Shown piece by piece: positions 54,727 through 64,000 of a stretch of 64,000 bases of DNA. Below the pieces are notes generated by a model that was given only the letters and a program-made list of their open reading frames with translations, was not told the origin of the DNA and searched no databases. The translations under genes and the position numbers were made by a program. The DNA lies in contig OZ242214.1 in NCBI GenBank assembly GCA_965206595.1, positions 2,976,001 to 3,040,000 of the forward strand, given 5' to 3'. The DNA is from Candidatus Latescibacterota bacterium. Lineage in GTDB: Bacteria; Latescibacterota; UBA2968; UBA8231. Within the stretch, counting starts at the first letter, position 1. The number at the start of each line of letters is the position of its first letter.

Positions 54727-56595
54727 ATGACCCAGACCGAATCCGCAACGCAAGACGCGGTGCAAACGGCACCCCACACCTCCATCCGCAACGTCGCCAT
54801 TATCGCCCACGTCGACCACGGCAAAACCACCCTGGTCGACGGCATGCTCAAACAGAGCAATGTCTTCCAGGCGCACCAGCAAGTCGCCGACCGCATCCTC
54901 GACTCCAACGATCTCGAGCGCGAGCGGGGCATCACGATCCTGGCCAAAAACACGGGCATCGTCTACGACGGCACGACCATCAATATCGTCGACACCCCCG
55001 GGCACACCGATTTCGGCGGTGAAGTCGAGCGCATCATGAACATGGTCGACGGCGTGGTGTTGCTCATCGACGCCGTCGAGGGACCGATGCCGCAGACGCG
55101 CTTCGTCCTCAAGCAAGCGCTGGAGCGCGGACACAAGGCCATCGTCGTCGTCAACAAGATCGACCGGCCCGCCGCCCGCCCCGACGCAGTGGTCGACGCC
55201 ACCTTCGATCTGTTTAACGACCTCGGGGCCAGCGACCAACAGGCCGACTTCCCCGTGGTTTACACCCGGGCCCTGGAGGGCCGCGCCGGACTCGCACCCG
55301 ATCGGCTGGCCGAAAACCTGGTCCCCTTGTTCGATGCCATCGTCGGCCACCTCCCCCCGCCGCAGATCGCAATAGACGGTCCGCCGCAGTTATTGGTCAC
55401 GACCTTGGAGCATAGCTCGTATGTCGGCAAGATCGGCGTCGGCCGTTTGAGCAGCGGTTCGCTGGCCGCCGGTCAGGCGATCATGCACATCGACGCCGAA
55501 GGCGAGATGCAGCCGGCCACGGTCGGACAGGTTTTCGTCTTCCGCAACCTCAAACGCGAGCCGGTCGAGCAAGTCCACGCCGGCAATATCGTCGCCGTCT
55601 CCGGCGTGCCCGCCATCGGTATCGGGGATACGTTGACCTGCCCGGAGCGACCGCTGGCGCTGCCGCCGATCAAAGTCGAAGAGCCTACGGTACGCATGGT
55701 CTTCAAGGTCAACGACAGCCCCTTCGCCGGGCGCGAGGGCCGCTTCGTGACCAGCCGCGAACTGCGCACACGGCTTTTCGACGAGTTGGAGAGCAATGTC
55801 GCGCTGCGCGTGGAGGACCTGGATCGTTCGGGCGAGTTTGTCGTGTCCGGCCGCGGCGAGTTGCACCTGGCCATCCTGATCGAGACCATGCGGCGCGAGG
55901 GCTACGAGCTGGCGGTGAGCAACCCCGAGGTCATCTTTCGCCCGAGTGCGCGAGGTATCCTCGAACCCGTCGAGCGGGTCTTTATCGAGGTGCTTGTCGA
56001 GTATCTGGGGCCGGTCAGCGAAATACTCGGCAAAAGGCGCGGGCGGCTGCAGGACATCCGCCACGGCGATGACGGCGTAGTCTACGCCGAATTTCTGGTT
56101 CCCACCCGCGGAGTTCTGGGGTTTCGCCAGCCCTACATGAATACCACGCGCGGTACGGGAACCTTCAACACGCTCTTCCACGATTACGAGCCGGTGACCG
56201 GGGAGATCGACGTGCAGGAGCACGGCTCGCTCATCTCACACGAGCACGGCACCGTCAGCGCCTATGCCCTGGAGCATCTGCAGCAGCGCGGCACTTTTTT
56301 CATCCGTCCCGGGGAGGAAGTCTACGCCGGTCAAGTCGTCGGCCAGACCATCCGCAACGAAGACCTGGTCGTCAACGTCTGCCGCACGAAACACCTGACC
56401 GGCCACCGCGCTACGCCCAAGGCCATAATGGATTCACTCTCACCCCCGCGCATCCTGACGCTCGACGAGGCGATAGAATACCTGGACAACGACGAGCTCC
56501 TGGAAGTGACGCCCAAGGCCTTGCGCCTGCGCAAGAGAGAGCTGCAACACAGCCTGCGCTACCGCGCCGAAAAGAACGCCAGGAAAGAAGGATAG
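54727..56595 (+). CDS. typA: Translational GTPase TypA/BipA
   Basis: [48 protein letters not shown]. Confidence 0.97.
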   Translation: MTQTESATQDAVQTAPHTSIRNVAIIAHVDHGKTTLVDGMLKQSNVFQAHQQVADRILDSNDLERERGITILAKNTGIVYDGTTINIVDTPGHTDFGGEVERIMNMVDGVVLLIDAVEGPMPQTRFVLKQALERGHKAIVVVNKIDRPAARPDAVVDATFDLFNDLGASDQQADFPVVYTRALEGRAGLAPDRLAENLVPLFDAIVGHLPPPQIAIDGPPQLLVTTLEHSSYVGKIGVGRLSSGSLAAGQAIMHIDAEGEMQPATVGQVFVFRNLKREPVEQVHAGNIVAVSGVPAIGIGDTLTCPERPLALPPIKVEEPTVRMVFKVNDSPFAGREGRFVTSRELRTRLFDELESNVALRVEDLDRSGEFVVSGRGELHLAILIETMRREGYELAVSNPEVIFRPSARGILEPVERVFIEVLVEYLGPVSEILGKRRGRLQDIRHGDDGVVYAEFLVPTRGVLGFRQPYMNTTRGTGTFNTLFHDYEPVTGEIDVQEHGSLISHEHGTVSAYALEHLQQRGTFFIRPGEEVYAGQVVGQTIRNEDLVVNVCRTKHLTGHRATPKAIMDSLSPPRILTLDEAIEYLDNDELLEVTPKALRLRKRELQHSLRYRAEKNARKEG

Positions 56596-56625
56596 ACCCC
56601 CTCGCCCGGGGCCGCCCCCTGAGCG

Positions 56626-57373
56626 TCAGCTTCCCCGCCTTTCCCGCCAGTACCCCTCCAGGCCGTCCCGCGGCTCCCACCCGAGAAGGCGCCGGGCCTT
56701 GCCGGCCCGTACCTGGTCCTGCGGCAGGTCCGCGGTGATGAAGAACGCCTCGCATCTCGACGGCAGCGCCTCGAGATCGGCCTTGAGGGCGCAGCGGACC
56801 GCGGCGGCCGCGTCCGGGAAGGTGACGGGCGAACGGGTTCATCCGGGCCTGCGGCGCGCCGGCAGGGTGCGGCTCGCAGAAGCGGGAGAAGATCAGCGTC
56901 AGGAGGTGGATCGGGTGCTGTTCGGAAAACAGGCGGCAGATCTCGTGGCCCAGCGACTTGCTGAGCGCGTACAGCCCGGTTCCCGGGTGCGGCGGAATCT
57001 CCTCGACGATGCCGAAGTCCCGGTCGAGGTAGCGGGGCCCGGCGAGGGTGAACCGGGGGCCGGTGTTGACGAAGCGGCGGTGCCCGGCCTCGACCGCGGC
57101 CCTGAGCGCGTTCCAGGTGCCGCGCGTGTTGACGTCGAAGGCGCCGCGGCGGTCCCGCCGCGACACCGAGCAGTTGACGATGGCGTCGGTCCCCTCGGCC
57201 GCGGCCCGCACCTGCCGGTAGTCGGCGGCGTCGACCTGCATGGTCTCGTGCGGGCCGGAGACCGGGACCACGTCGGTGACGCGCAGGTCGCAGTCCCTTT
57301 CCAGCTCCCGGACGACGTGCGGTCCGAGGTAGCCGTTGCCGCCGAGAAGGAGAATTCGCGGCCTACCCGGCAA
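56626..57373 (-). pseudogene. NAD-dependent epimerase/dehydratase with a +1 frameshift (or a sequencing error)
   Basis: GGNGYLG and YALSK motifs. Removing one base from the G-run at 56827-56829 restores '...MNPFAVTFPDAAAAVRCAL...KARRLLGWEP...' ending at TGA 56626-56628. Confidence 0.85.
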
Positions 57374-58613
57374 AGGCGACTCCTCCCCTGCCCTCGAGCC
57401 CGGCGTAGCGCCGGGCGAACCCGGCGCTGCCGTCGTCGTCGATCACCTCGAGGCTGGAGCCGGCCTCGAAGATCGGCAGCCCGGCCTGCCGGTAGCGCCC
57501 GTGGAAGGCGCTGCGGTTACCGGCGATCTCGACGATCTCGCCCCCTGCCCGCGTGTAGCGGTAGACGTGGCGGGGCTCCTTCACCGTCGTGTAGTCGACG
57601 GCGTATTTCTCGATCGCGGCCTCGTCGATCTCGACGCCGAGCCCGGGTCCTTCGGGAACCGGGTAATAGCCGCCCCTCACCTGGAGCGGGGTTTCGAGCA
57701 GCTGGGACTCGTAGATGTTCATGCAGGTTATCGCCGGCCACCGCGCCTCGCTGCAAACGGCGCCGACGTGGGCTGCCCAGGCGGTGGTCAGGCCGGAGCC
57801 GACCAGCTGCAGCCAGAACGGCTTGTTGGCGGCCGCGACGACCGCCTGCTGTTTCATCATCTGCGCGGCCCCGCCCCCGATGATGAGGCCGTCGGCGATG
57901 TCGTCGCGCAGCACCGTCATGATCGCGGGCCGGTCCACGTGCATCGCCACGGGCCGGTCGATCCGGGTGCGGATCTGCCGGTTTCCGGCGACGTCCTCCT
58001 GAGGGATCGGGGTCTCGATCATCGCTACCTGCTCGTACTGCTCCAGGGACTTCAGCAGGGGCACGGCGTTGGCGGAGTTGACGAGGTGGCCGTTGAAGTC
58101 GAGGTCGAGCCGGAACTGCGGCGGGATCACCTGCCCCACCGCCTCGATGCAGGCGTGCAGGTCCTGCCAGGGCCGTGTCTTCAGCTTGGCAGACATGTAG
58201 CCCCGGGCCACCGCGGTCTCGCACTGCCGCGCCCAGTCCTCCGGCCCCATGTCGCAGGTCCACCAGGAGATCGGGCACCAGTCGCGGACCCGGGGGCCGA
58301 GCAGGTCGCTGACCGGGACGTTCTCGTTTCTCGCCACCGCGTCGAACAGGGCGATCTGGACGCCGCAGCCGAGGCCGTCGTCCCAGAGCAGCGAGGCGGC
58401 TTCCCGGCCGAGGATGCGCTCCTCGATGTCGTCGGGGACGCGGGCATGGGTGGCGTTGAGGATGGTCTCCCCCCAGCCGGCGACGCCGTTGTCCAGGGTC
58501 AGCCGGCATAGCTGGACGATCCGCCACGGGGAGATCCAGTGCTGCAGGTGCCGGCCGGCGTCGGCTTCGAACGGCACCTCGAGGTGAATGAGCTCGACAC
58601 GGGCCACCTTCAT
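57363..58613 (-). CDS. Mandelate racemase/muconate lactonizing enzyme (enolase superfamily)
   Basis: RBS aggagg + ATG at 58613; 'GWGET', 'IALFD', KLK, DFN, ETP, 'PEGPGLGVEID'. Confidence 0.92.
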   Translation of the reverse strand: MKVARVELIHLEVPFEADAGRHLQHWISPWRIVQLCRLTLDNGVAGWGETILNATHARVPDDIEERILGREAASLLWDDGLGCGVQIALFDAVARNENVPVSDLLGPRVRDWCPISWWTCDMGPEDWARQCETAVARGYMSAKLKTRPWQDLHACIEAVGQVIPPQFRLDLDFNGHLVNSANAVPLLKSLEQYEQVAMIETPIPQEDVAGNRQIRTRIDRPVAMHVDRPAIMTVLRDDIADGLIIGGGAAQMMKQQAVVAAANKPFWLQLVGSGLTTAWAAHVGAVCSEARWPAITCMNIYESQLLETPLQVRGGYYPVPEGPGLGVEIDEAAIEKYAVDYTTVKEPRHVYRYTRAGGEIVEIAGNRSAFHGRYRQAGLPIFEAGSSLEVIDDDGSAGFARRYAGLEGRGGVAFAG

Positions 58614-58818
58614 TTGGGTCCTCCTGTCGCTTCGGTAACTGCGGGACGGGTCGGGATCGGGCAGACGGATTGCCACCCCCTGTCCAAGCCCGGGCCAAAT
58701 GTACGCAACCGATGCCGGAAGACCGGATTTACCCGGAAAGGTCCGTGTCCCTTTCGATGGTCTCCTGCTCGAGCAGTTCAGGCCAACCGGGACGCAAACT
58801 CCCAAAAGGGATTATGGA

Positions 58819-60090
58819 TCACTTTGCCTGTCTGCGGAAAAGTCTGGTCCCCAGCCCGACAATAAGCGCGACGTCATTAACCTCTTCATTGAACCATCGC
58901 CGATACTGTCCTTCCGCCCGTAAGACGAGGGCAGATCCCAGACACCACCGATAACCCAGACCGGCTCCGGCAGAGAAATCGGTCTCGGACTCACCATCAC
59001 TGGATACTGTCACTAGAGCACCAAGCCCTAGTAAATAGGGACCGGACATCGTGTTGGTTCCCAGAGAGAATGTGCTCCGACCTCCAAGGTAAAGAGAGGT
59101 GATGCCATCTCCATCTGATGAAGCGTTTCCAAAACTGAATTCCGGGCCAATGGACAGCTTTTCACTCGGAAACCACAAAACGTAAAGCGAGGGAATGAAA
59201 TAGGGACGGTGTGCGGGGTGGAGAAACAGATAGTTTGGTGCAGCAGGCACCCCAATATGAGTAAAAGTAACAGTCTCAGAATTACCGAACCAATTAAAAT
59301 TCAGGACGCGGCGGGAAAGTCCAAACATCGTTCCAATTTCGACCTCGGGGGCCGAGGAATTCTTTTGGAGACCAACGCGCCCTGCCCGAGTTCCCACCCC
59401 GAGAAGGAACGAGAAGTCATTAACCTCGTCATCGAACCAGAGCCGATACCGTCCTTCCGTCCGCAGGATTAAATCAGATCCCAGACGCCACTGATATCCT
59501 AGACCGGCTCCGACAGAGAAATCGGAGTCGGAGTCGGAGTAGAAACCATCTATGAACAATAAAGCACCGTGCCCCATAATGTAGGAGCTTGACCTTGCGT
59601 TGCTTTGCAGAAAGAATGCACCCCGACCTCCGAGATGAAGAGAGGTGATGCCATCTCCATCTGCTGAAACGCGTCCAAAACTGAATTCCGGGCCAATGGC
59701 CAGCTGCTCATTCGGAAACCACGAAACGTACAGCGAAGGATTCCCAAAGAATGCAAGCGGCGCACCTGGCACCCCGGTAATTGTGAACCCGTCGCCATTG
59801 GAAGAAAGATGGGAAAGTCCGAACAGCGTGCCGATTTCGACACCGGTAGCCCCATCTTCCGTCTTCATCACAGGTTCCTTGACCATTTTGGGGATCTCGT
59901 TCATCGCATAGACCAATACCCTGCCGTCAGCCGTTTGTATCTTCAGCGATTCGCCTGGAATCTGCTCGACGATGGTTCCCCAAACGGTTTCTCCATTCTT
60001 CAAGTAAATAACATCTTCGGTCTCCTGGGCCAACAGCGGTTCGGTCACTAAAAAAGCGTTCAAGCAGGAAACCAGGAATAACCGCAGCAT
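58819..60090 (-). CDS. Outer-membrane protein: LKNG domain + two tandem small beta-barrels
   Basis: RBS aaggagg; signal peptide; internal duplication 'VEIGT.FGLS...PSLYV.WFP.E.L.IGPEFSFG...DFS.GAGLGY.W...R.EG.YR.WF'. Confidence 0.82.
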   Translation of the reverse strand: MLRLFLVSCLNAFLVTEPLLAQETEDVIYLKNGETVWGTIVEQIPGESLKIQTADGRVLVYAMNEIPKMVKEPVMKTEDGATGVEIGTLFGLSHLSSNGDGFTITGVPGAPLAFFGNPSLYVSWFPNEQLAIGPEFSFGRVSADGDGITSLHLGGRGAFFLQSNARSSSYIMGHGALLFIDGFYSDSDSDFSVGAGLGYQWRLGSDLILRTEGRYRLWFDDEVNDFSFLLGVGTRAGRVGLQKNSSAPEVEIGTMFGLSRRVLNFNWFGNSETVTFTHIGVPAAPNYLFLHPAHRPYFIPSLYVLWFPSEKLSIGPEFSFGNASSDGDGITSLYLGGRSTFSLGTNTMSGPYLLGLGALVTVSSDGESETDFSAGAGLGYRWCLGSALVLRAEGQYRRWFNEEVNDVALIVGLGTRLFRRQAK

Positions 60091-60478
60091 GATCGCCCTC
60101 CTTCAAAGGGTTGCACCAGTCAGGGGCATGGTTCTGTCCTCCGTTAGTGATGTTAAAAACTATCTTTAAAGCGGACAGGGAGTGTCCGTTGCCAGAAATT
60201 AATTCTCGTCGTACGCCTCGGGGAAAACAAAAACGCCAGAAAGAATTTGGTGACCGTATCAATCCTCTCCGGCGTTTACGCCGCAATTCCTGGTCCCCGG
60301 GCCCGGGTCGCGGCGGCATCGTGCCGTCAAACCGCTTGTTGAGCCGCCCTTGGGGACCTCGGTTCGAGCGCTCTGTCCTGCGATCAACGGAGCGGCTTTG
60401 CCACCGAGTCTGAATGACTACGGATGCCGCCATCGATGACTCCATTCACTCGGTGCGGCATATCCGCCAGGGAAAGAT

Positions 60479-63451
60479 TCAGTACTGCAGGTGCCCGCCC
60501 GCGTCCGCGTCCCTTTCGATTGCGGCCTGCTCGATTCGCATGCGGCGGTTGCCGGTCTCGTACGCCGCCAGGCCCCGCACCGGTTCGTCGGGGCCGCGGC
60601 CGAGGCGGCCCCTGACGGTTACCCCGCCCGGCAAGGGGAAGGAGTACCCGACCGGCCCGCTCGCCGGTTCCGGGGTTATGGTCCTGACCTGCGGCTCCGG
60701 CCTGCCCTGAGGCAAGACCCGGTACCGTTGCCCCGCCACCGTTACGAACCTCAGTATATCGCCTTCCAGCTGGGTTCCGTCCCCGGCGGCATCCCCCTTT
60801 TCTTCCAGCAAGCTGTCCCCCGCGGGGCCTTCCCCTGCTCCTTCCGGCACGGTCCCGTCAGCCGCGGCATCCCCTTCCCCCGCACCGATCCCGCTGAGCA
60901 GACACGGCCCGCCCCAGGGATTGCGCAGGCGACACTCCTCCCCAAGCCGGGACTCGATCTCGACGAACTCCACCTCCCCCCCGCGGATCGACGACGTCAC
61001 CAGAAAGCCGCCCCGGGCCAGCAGGCGGAACGAGGCTTCCCATTCCTTCGGCCAGGCCGGAAACACGCGGATGACCTCCGGCTCTCCCGGCCGCGGGGAC
61101 ACGCTCTGCATCAGTCCCTGCTGCAAGGTCCCGGCCGCCATCCCCGAGGGCTCCAGTCCCATCGACTGGATCCCCTGCTCGAAGCAGCTCAGGCCGTTGG
61201 CGAGGTAGGGCTTGTACAGGCTGTAGTGGGCGGCGAGCAGGGCGGGCAGCTCTTCGCCGCGGCCGGCCAGGGGAAAGGCGATCGGGGTGCGCACCAGCGA
61301 CGGCCGCCAATGCCTGCCGGTCATCGCCTTGCGGTGGTTGGGGCAGAGGTCGAGCAGCCGCCGCACCATCGCCGCTTGCGCATCGTCGCCGCTCTCCAGG
61401 GTCCAGGCCTCGAAGGTCTCGACCGGGTGCGCCCAGACGTCCTCGCTCGGGAAGTCCTCCCCCGGGACGTCGATGTGGCCGAGGTGGCCGGCGGCCCAGA
61501 CGTCGTCGGCCAGGGTCCCGAAGGTCAGGGCCTTCGACTCCGGGTCGCTCCCCATCGGGTAGGGGGCGAGGTTCTCGAGCAGGTCCCGCCAGCGCTCCCG
61601 CAGGCCGGCGTCGACCCCGAGGATCTCCGCGGCGCGGACGGCGGGCCCGGCGATGCCGCGGATCGCCGCCAGGTCCTTGAGGCTGTCCTTCACCAGGTAG
61701 AAGGACTCCATGACGTTGGTCCCCTCGAGGTGGTAGAGGCCGTCCTCCTCCTTGACGGCGAGGTGCCGGTAGAACTCGGCGGCGCCGCGCAGCAGCGGAT
61801 AGGCCCTGTCGCGCAGCCAGTCCTCGTCCCCGGTGCGGCGGTACCGCCACCAGGCGTGCAGGGCGATCTTGCTGCCCGTCGAGACGATGTGGGCGATGGC
61901 GGCGAACGGCCGCAGTCCCCGGCGCGCCTCCTCCTCCTTGTTGCCGTCGAACGCCGAGCTGTAGTAGAGGTGGGAGTCGTGCTGGCAGAGGACGCGGGTG
62001 CGCGCCGACAGGGTGCCGCTGCCGGTCCTGCCGAGGAAGTAGTCGCGGAACTCCCGGGCGCATTCTTCCGGAAGCAGCACCGGTCCGTCGGCAGGGCTGG
62101 TCTCGGGAAACAGGGCGCCCGCGGCCACCCCCCAGCGCTGACGGGCGGCCTCCTCGCACAGGGGCAGCTGGCGCGAGTACATGTCGAAGTAGGGCTCGCA
62201 CAGGTCGACGGCGTCGGCGGCCTGGAGCGGCCGGTACATCATCTCGACGATCCAGTGCCAGAGCTGGGTGCCGAGATGGGGGATGTCCCCCTCGGTCTGG
62301 AAGATCAGGCCGGCCCCCTGCGGCACCGGACCGGGGCCGCGCGACGAGGAGGCGGCGTAGTACAGGTGCAGGGTGCGGACGCGCTCGAGGTAGTCGGCGA
62401 AGCCGTCGTCGCTGGTCAGGTGCACGAAGGACCGGGACCAGAAACGGTGCCACCATTCCGCGTGCTCCTCCCGCAACATTTCATATGACATGCCGGCCGC
62501 GGCGTCGAGCAGCTCCAGAGCCCTGTCGCCGGTGCCGCCGGAATCCGGGCCTGCCGCATCGGGCTCGAGTAGCTCCAGGGCCCTTTCCCCCGTGCCGCCG
62601 GCGTCCGGGCCTGCTTTCGCGGCGCTGGAGAGCAGCACCGAGCGGACTCCGTTTTGCGCGGGAAGCACCAGCGTGCGCGCCTCGGGCCGGCCCTTGGAGA
62701 TCGCCTCGCGCTCGTTTGTGATGCCGAGCGGCTTCTCGTCCCACAGCAGGGCCGCCGGCTTCCAGGCGGCCTCGTGCGCCTCGACGGGGGGGTTCGCTCC
62801 CGGAACCGCCACGGCCACAGCGGACCCGGCGCGGTACTCCTCGTCGCGGAAGAACCGCTTCTCCTCGAACTCCTGCACCACCAGCAGCCTGCCGCCGGAG
62901 CCTTCGAAGCGGTAGCGGGCCGTGTGCACCCCGGTCTCGATCTCCTCGGGAATCCAGCGCTTGGCGTTCCAGAGATTGAGGGGCGTGGTCACCTCCGGTG
63001 CCCGCCACATCGACAGGGTCACGCGGATCTCCCGCGGCCGCACGCGCCGGTCGTCGACCTCCACCGCGAGGAGGTCGCGGGCCGAGGAGAGGAAGCAGCG
63101 CACCTGCACCCCGTCTCCGGAGATGGCGACCTCGGCGTCGTACAGGGAGAGGTGCTGGCGGAAGGCATCCCCGGCCGCGAACGCCTGGCCACCTACATCT
63201 ATCTCGATGCGGGCGCAGCCGCCGCGGTAGTCGACCGGGCTGCGGTGCGAGCCGGCGTGGTTGCGGTCCGAGGAGAAGAGGTCGCGCCGGTTGAGGTGGA
63301 AGCGCACCGAGCCCGGCGTCGTCCAGACCGTCGTCCCCATCATGCCGTTGCCGATCGGGGTCCCGTCGATCGACACCTCCGCGGGGCTGTGGTAGACGAG
63401 GTCGGCGCGCGAGACCAGGGCGCGGTAATCGACTGCGATCCCGTCAACCAT
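60479..63451 (-). CDS. GH95-like glycoside hydrolase (alpha-L-fucosidase-related)
   Basis: N-terminal 'PIGNGMMGTTVW'; 'H..WW.RFW'; 'D..WLRDRAYPLLRGAAEFY'; C-terminal 'IRVFPAWP.EW.ASF.L.ARGGFLV'. Start uncertain. Confidence 0.78.
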   Translation of the reverse strand: MVDGIAVDYRALVSRADLVYHSPAEVSIDGTPIGNGMMGTTVWTTPGSVRFHLNRRDLFSSDRNHAGSHRSPVDYRGGCARIEIDVGGQAFAAGDAFRQHLSLYDAEVAISGDGVQVRCFLSSARDLLAVEVDDRRVRPREIRVTLSMWRAPEVTTPLNLWNAKRWIPEEIETGVHTARYRFEGSGGRLLVVQEFEEKRFFRDEEYRAGSAVAVAVPGANPPVEAHEAAWKPAALLWDEKPLGITNEREAISKGRPEARTLVLPAQNGVRSVLLSSAAKAGPDAGGTGERALELLEPDAAGPDSGGTGDRALELLDAAAGMSYEMLREEHAEWWHRFWSRSFVHLTSDDGFADYLERVRTLHLYYAASSSRGPGPVPQGAGLIFQTEGDIPHLGTQLWHWIVEMMYRPLQAADAVDLCEPYFDMYSRQLPLCEEAARQRWGVAAGALFPETSPADGPVLLPEECAREFRDYFLGRTGSGTLSARTRVLCQHDSHLYYSSAFDGNKEEEARRGLRPFAAIAHIVSTGSKIALHAWWRYRRTGDEDWLRDRAYPLLRGAAEFYRHLAVKEEDGLYHLEGTNVMESFYLVKDSLKDLAAIRGIAGPAVRAAEILGVDAGLRERWRDLLENLAPYPMGSDPESKALTFGTLADDVWAAGHLGHIDVPGEDFPSEDVWAHPVETFEAWTLESGDDAQAAMVRRLLDLCPNHRKAMTGRHWRPSLVRTPIAFPLAGRGEELPALLAAHYSLYKPYLANGLSCFEQGIQSMGLEPSGMAAGTLQQGLMQSVSPRPGEPEVIRVFPAWPKEWEASFRLLARGGFLVTSSIRGGEVEFVEIESRLGEECRLRNPWGGPCLLSGIGAGEGDAAADGTVPEGAGEGPAGDSLLEEKGDAAGDGTQLEGDILRFVTVAGQRYRVLPQGRPEPQVRTITPEPASGPVGYSFPLPGGVTVRGRLGRGPDEPVRGLAAYETGNRRMRIEQAAIERDADAGGHLQY

Positions 63452-63835
63452 CCGGGGTGTTCCGGGGCGGGGATACGGCTGAAGATTTACCCATCCCGGG
63501 CCCGTGGAGCTCTGGTTTTCACTTCCCCCCGGCTGACCGTGGGGCTTTGCTTCGATGGGTCGCGTGCCGTATCGGGACATTTCTAAAGGTGTTATCCTTC
63601 CTTTGGTCCGGATTGGGGAAATCGGAGTTCGGCGGTTTCGCCCCTCCAGTCACACTGAAGCGTTTTCCGGCTTGATCTTTTCCCGGAGGAGCTCGATCCG
63701 GATGCCATCCCAACTCGATCACTCCTTTCAAACAATGCCTTCTCCGCCGCAACCAAAAACCGGTCGATGGTTCCTCTGCAAGCCAGCCCGCAGGCCGGCA
63801 GCCCGGAGGGAGAACCGGCCGACAGGGACCACGCC

Positions 63836-64000
63836 ATGAACAGGGACGAGCTTCACGCCAAAGCGGTCCGCCTGGAGCGGGAGCTTCGGGAGACCCGCGA
63901 ACTTCTGCGCCGGGCCTGCCACGACCCCGGTGCTTTTACCGCGGAGCTGGTAAGCACTCGCGCCTACGCTTTCAACGCCGCACGACCGGTCGCCGAGGTG
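63836..64000 (+). CDS. Hypothetical protein, 3'-truncated by window edge
   Basis: ATG at 63836 after 'caggga'; frame open to the end (MNRDELHAKAVRLERELRE...). Confidence 0.55.
   Translation, partial: MNRDELHAKAVRLERELRETRELLRRACHDPGAFTAELVSTRAYAFNAARPVAEV

Noticed and set aside
52890-62488. Long opposite-strand ORFs (52890-54278, 56699-57883, 57336-58511, 60491-62488)
   Set aside because: They overlap well-supported genes; expected from high-GC codon bias.
63452-63835. ncRNA or small ORFs in the divergent intergenic region (also 60091-60478)
   Set aside because: No recognisable RNA motif or coding signature; probably promoter DNA.

Overview
High-GC bacterial window. The gene families suggest an FCB-superphylum marine-invertebrate (sponge-type) symbiont such as Latescibacterota or Gemmatimonadota; this is inference, not a database result. 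Positions 1-48.4 kb are one co-oriented island of exported modular proteins behind a WYL regulator. It holds a 2.37-kaa CARDB/YWTD surface protein, five paralogous HExxHxxGxxH metallopeptidases with interchangeable WD40/LRR/Ig middles, two WD40 + 'WSDGTTMW'-repeat proteins and three collagen-stalk lipoproteins. Six of these genes end in a length-invariant 480-nt dockerin-like + FlgD/T9SS-type tail. A compact six-gene operon sits inside the island (20.6-27.6 kb): a catalytically degenerate trypsin-TM-FHA protein, an ExbD/MotB-like TM-coiled coil-vWA protein, a MotA/ExbB channel, an FHA protein, a PP2C phosphatase and a Ser/Thr kinase-TM-ankyrin protein. This operon is the best candidate for an uncharacterised system: an ion-motive stator coupled to phosphothreonine signalling. 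The last 15.5 kb carries outer-membrane proteins, a Bor lipoprotein, ppk2, an Omp85 barrel, a sulfatase, typA, a frameshifted epimerase, an enolase-superfamily enzyme and a GH95-like hydrolase. I saw no rRNA, tRNA, CRISPR array, integrase, transposase or reverse transcriptase.
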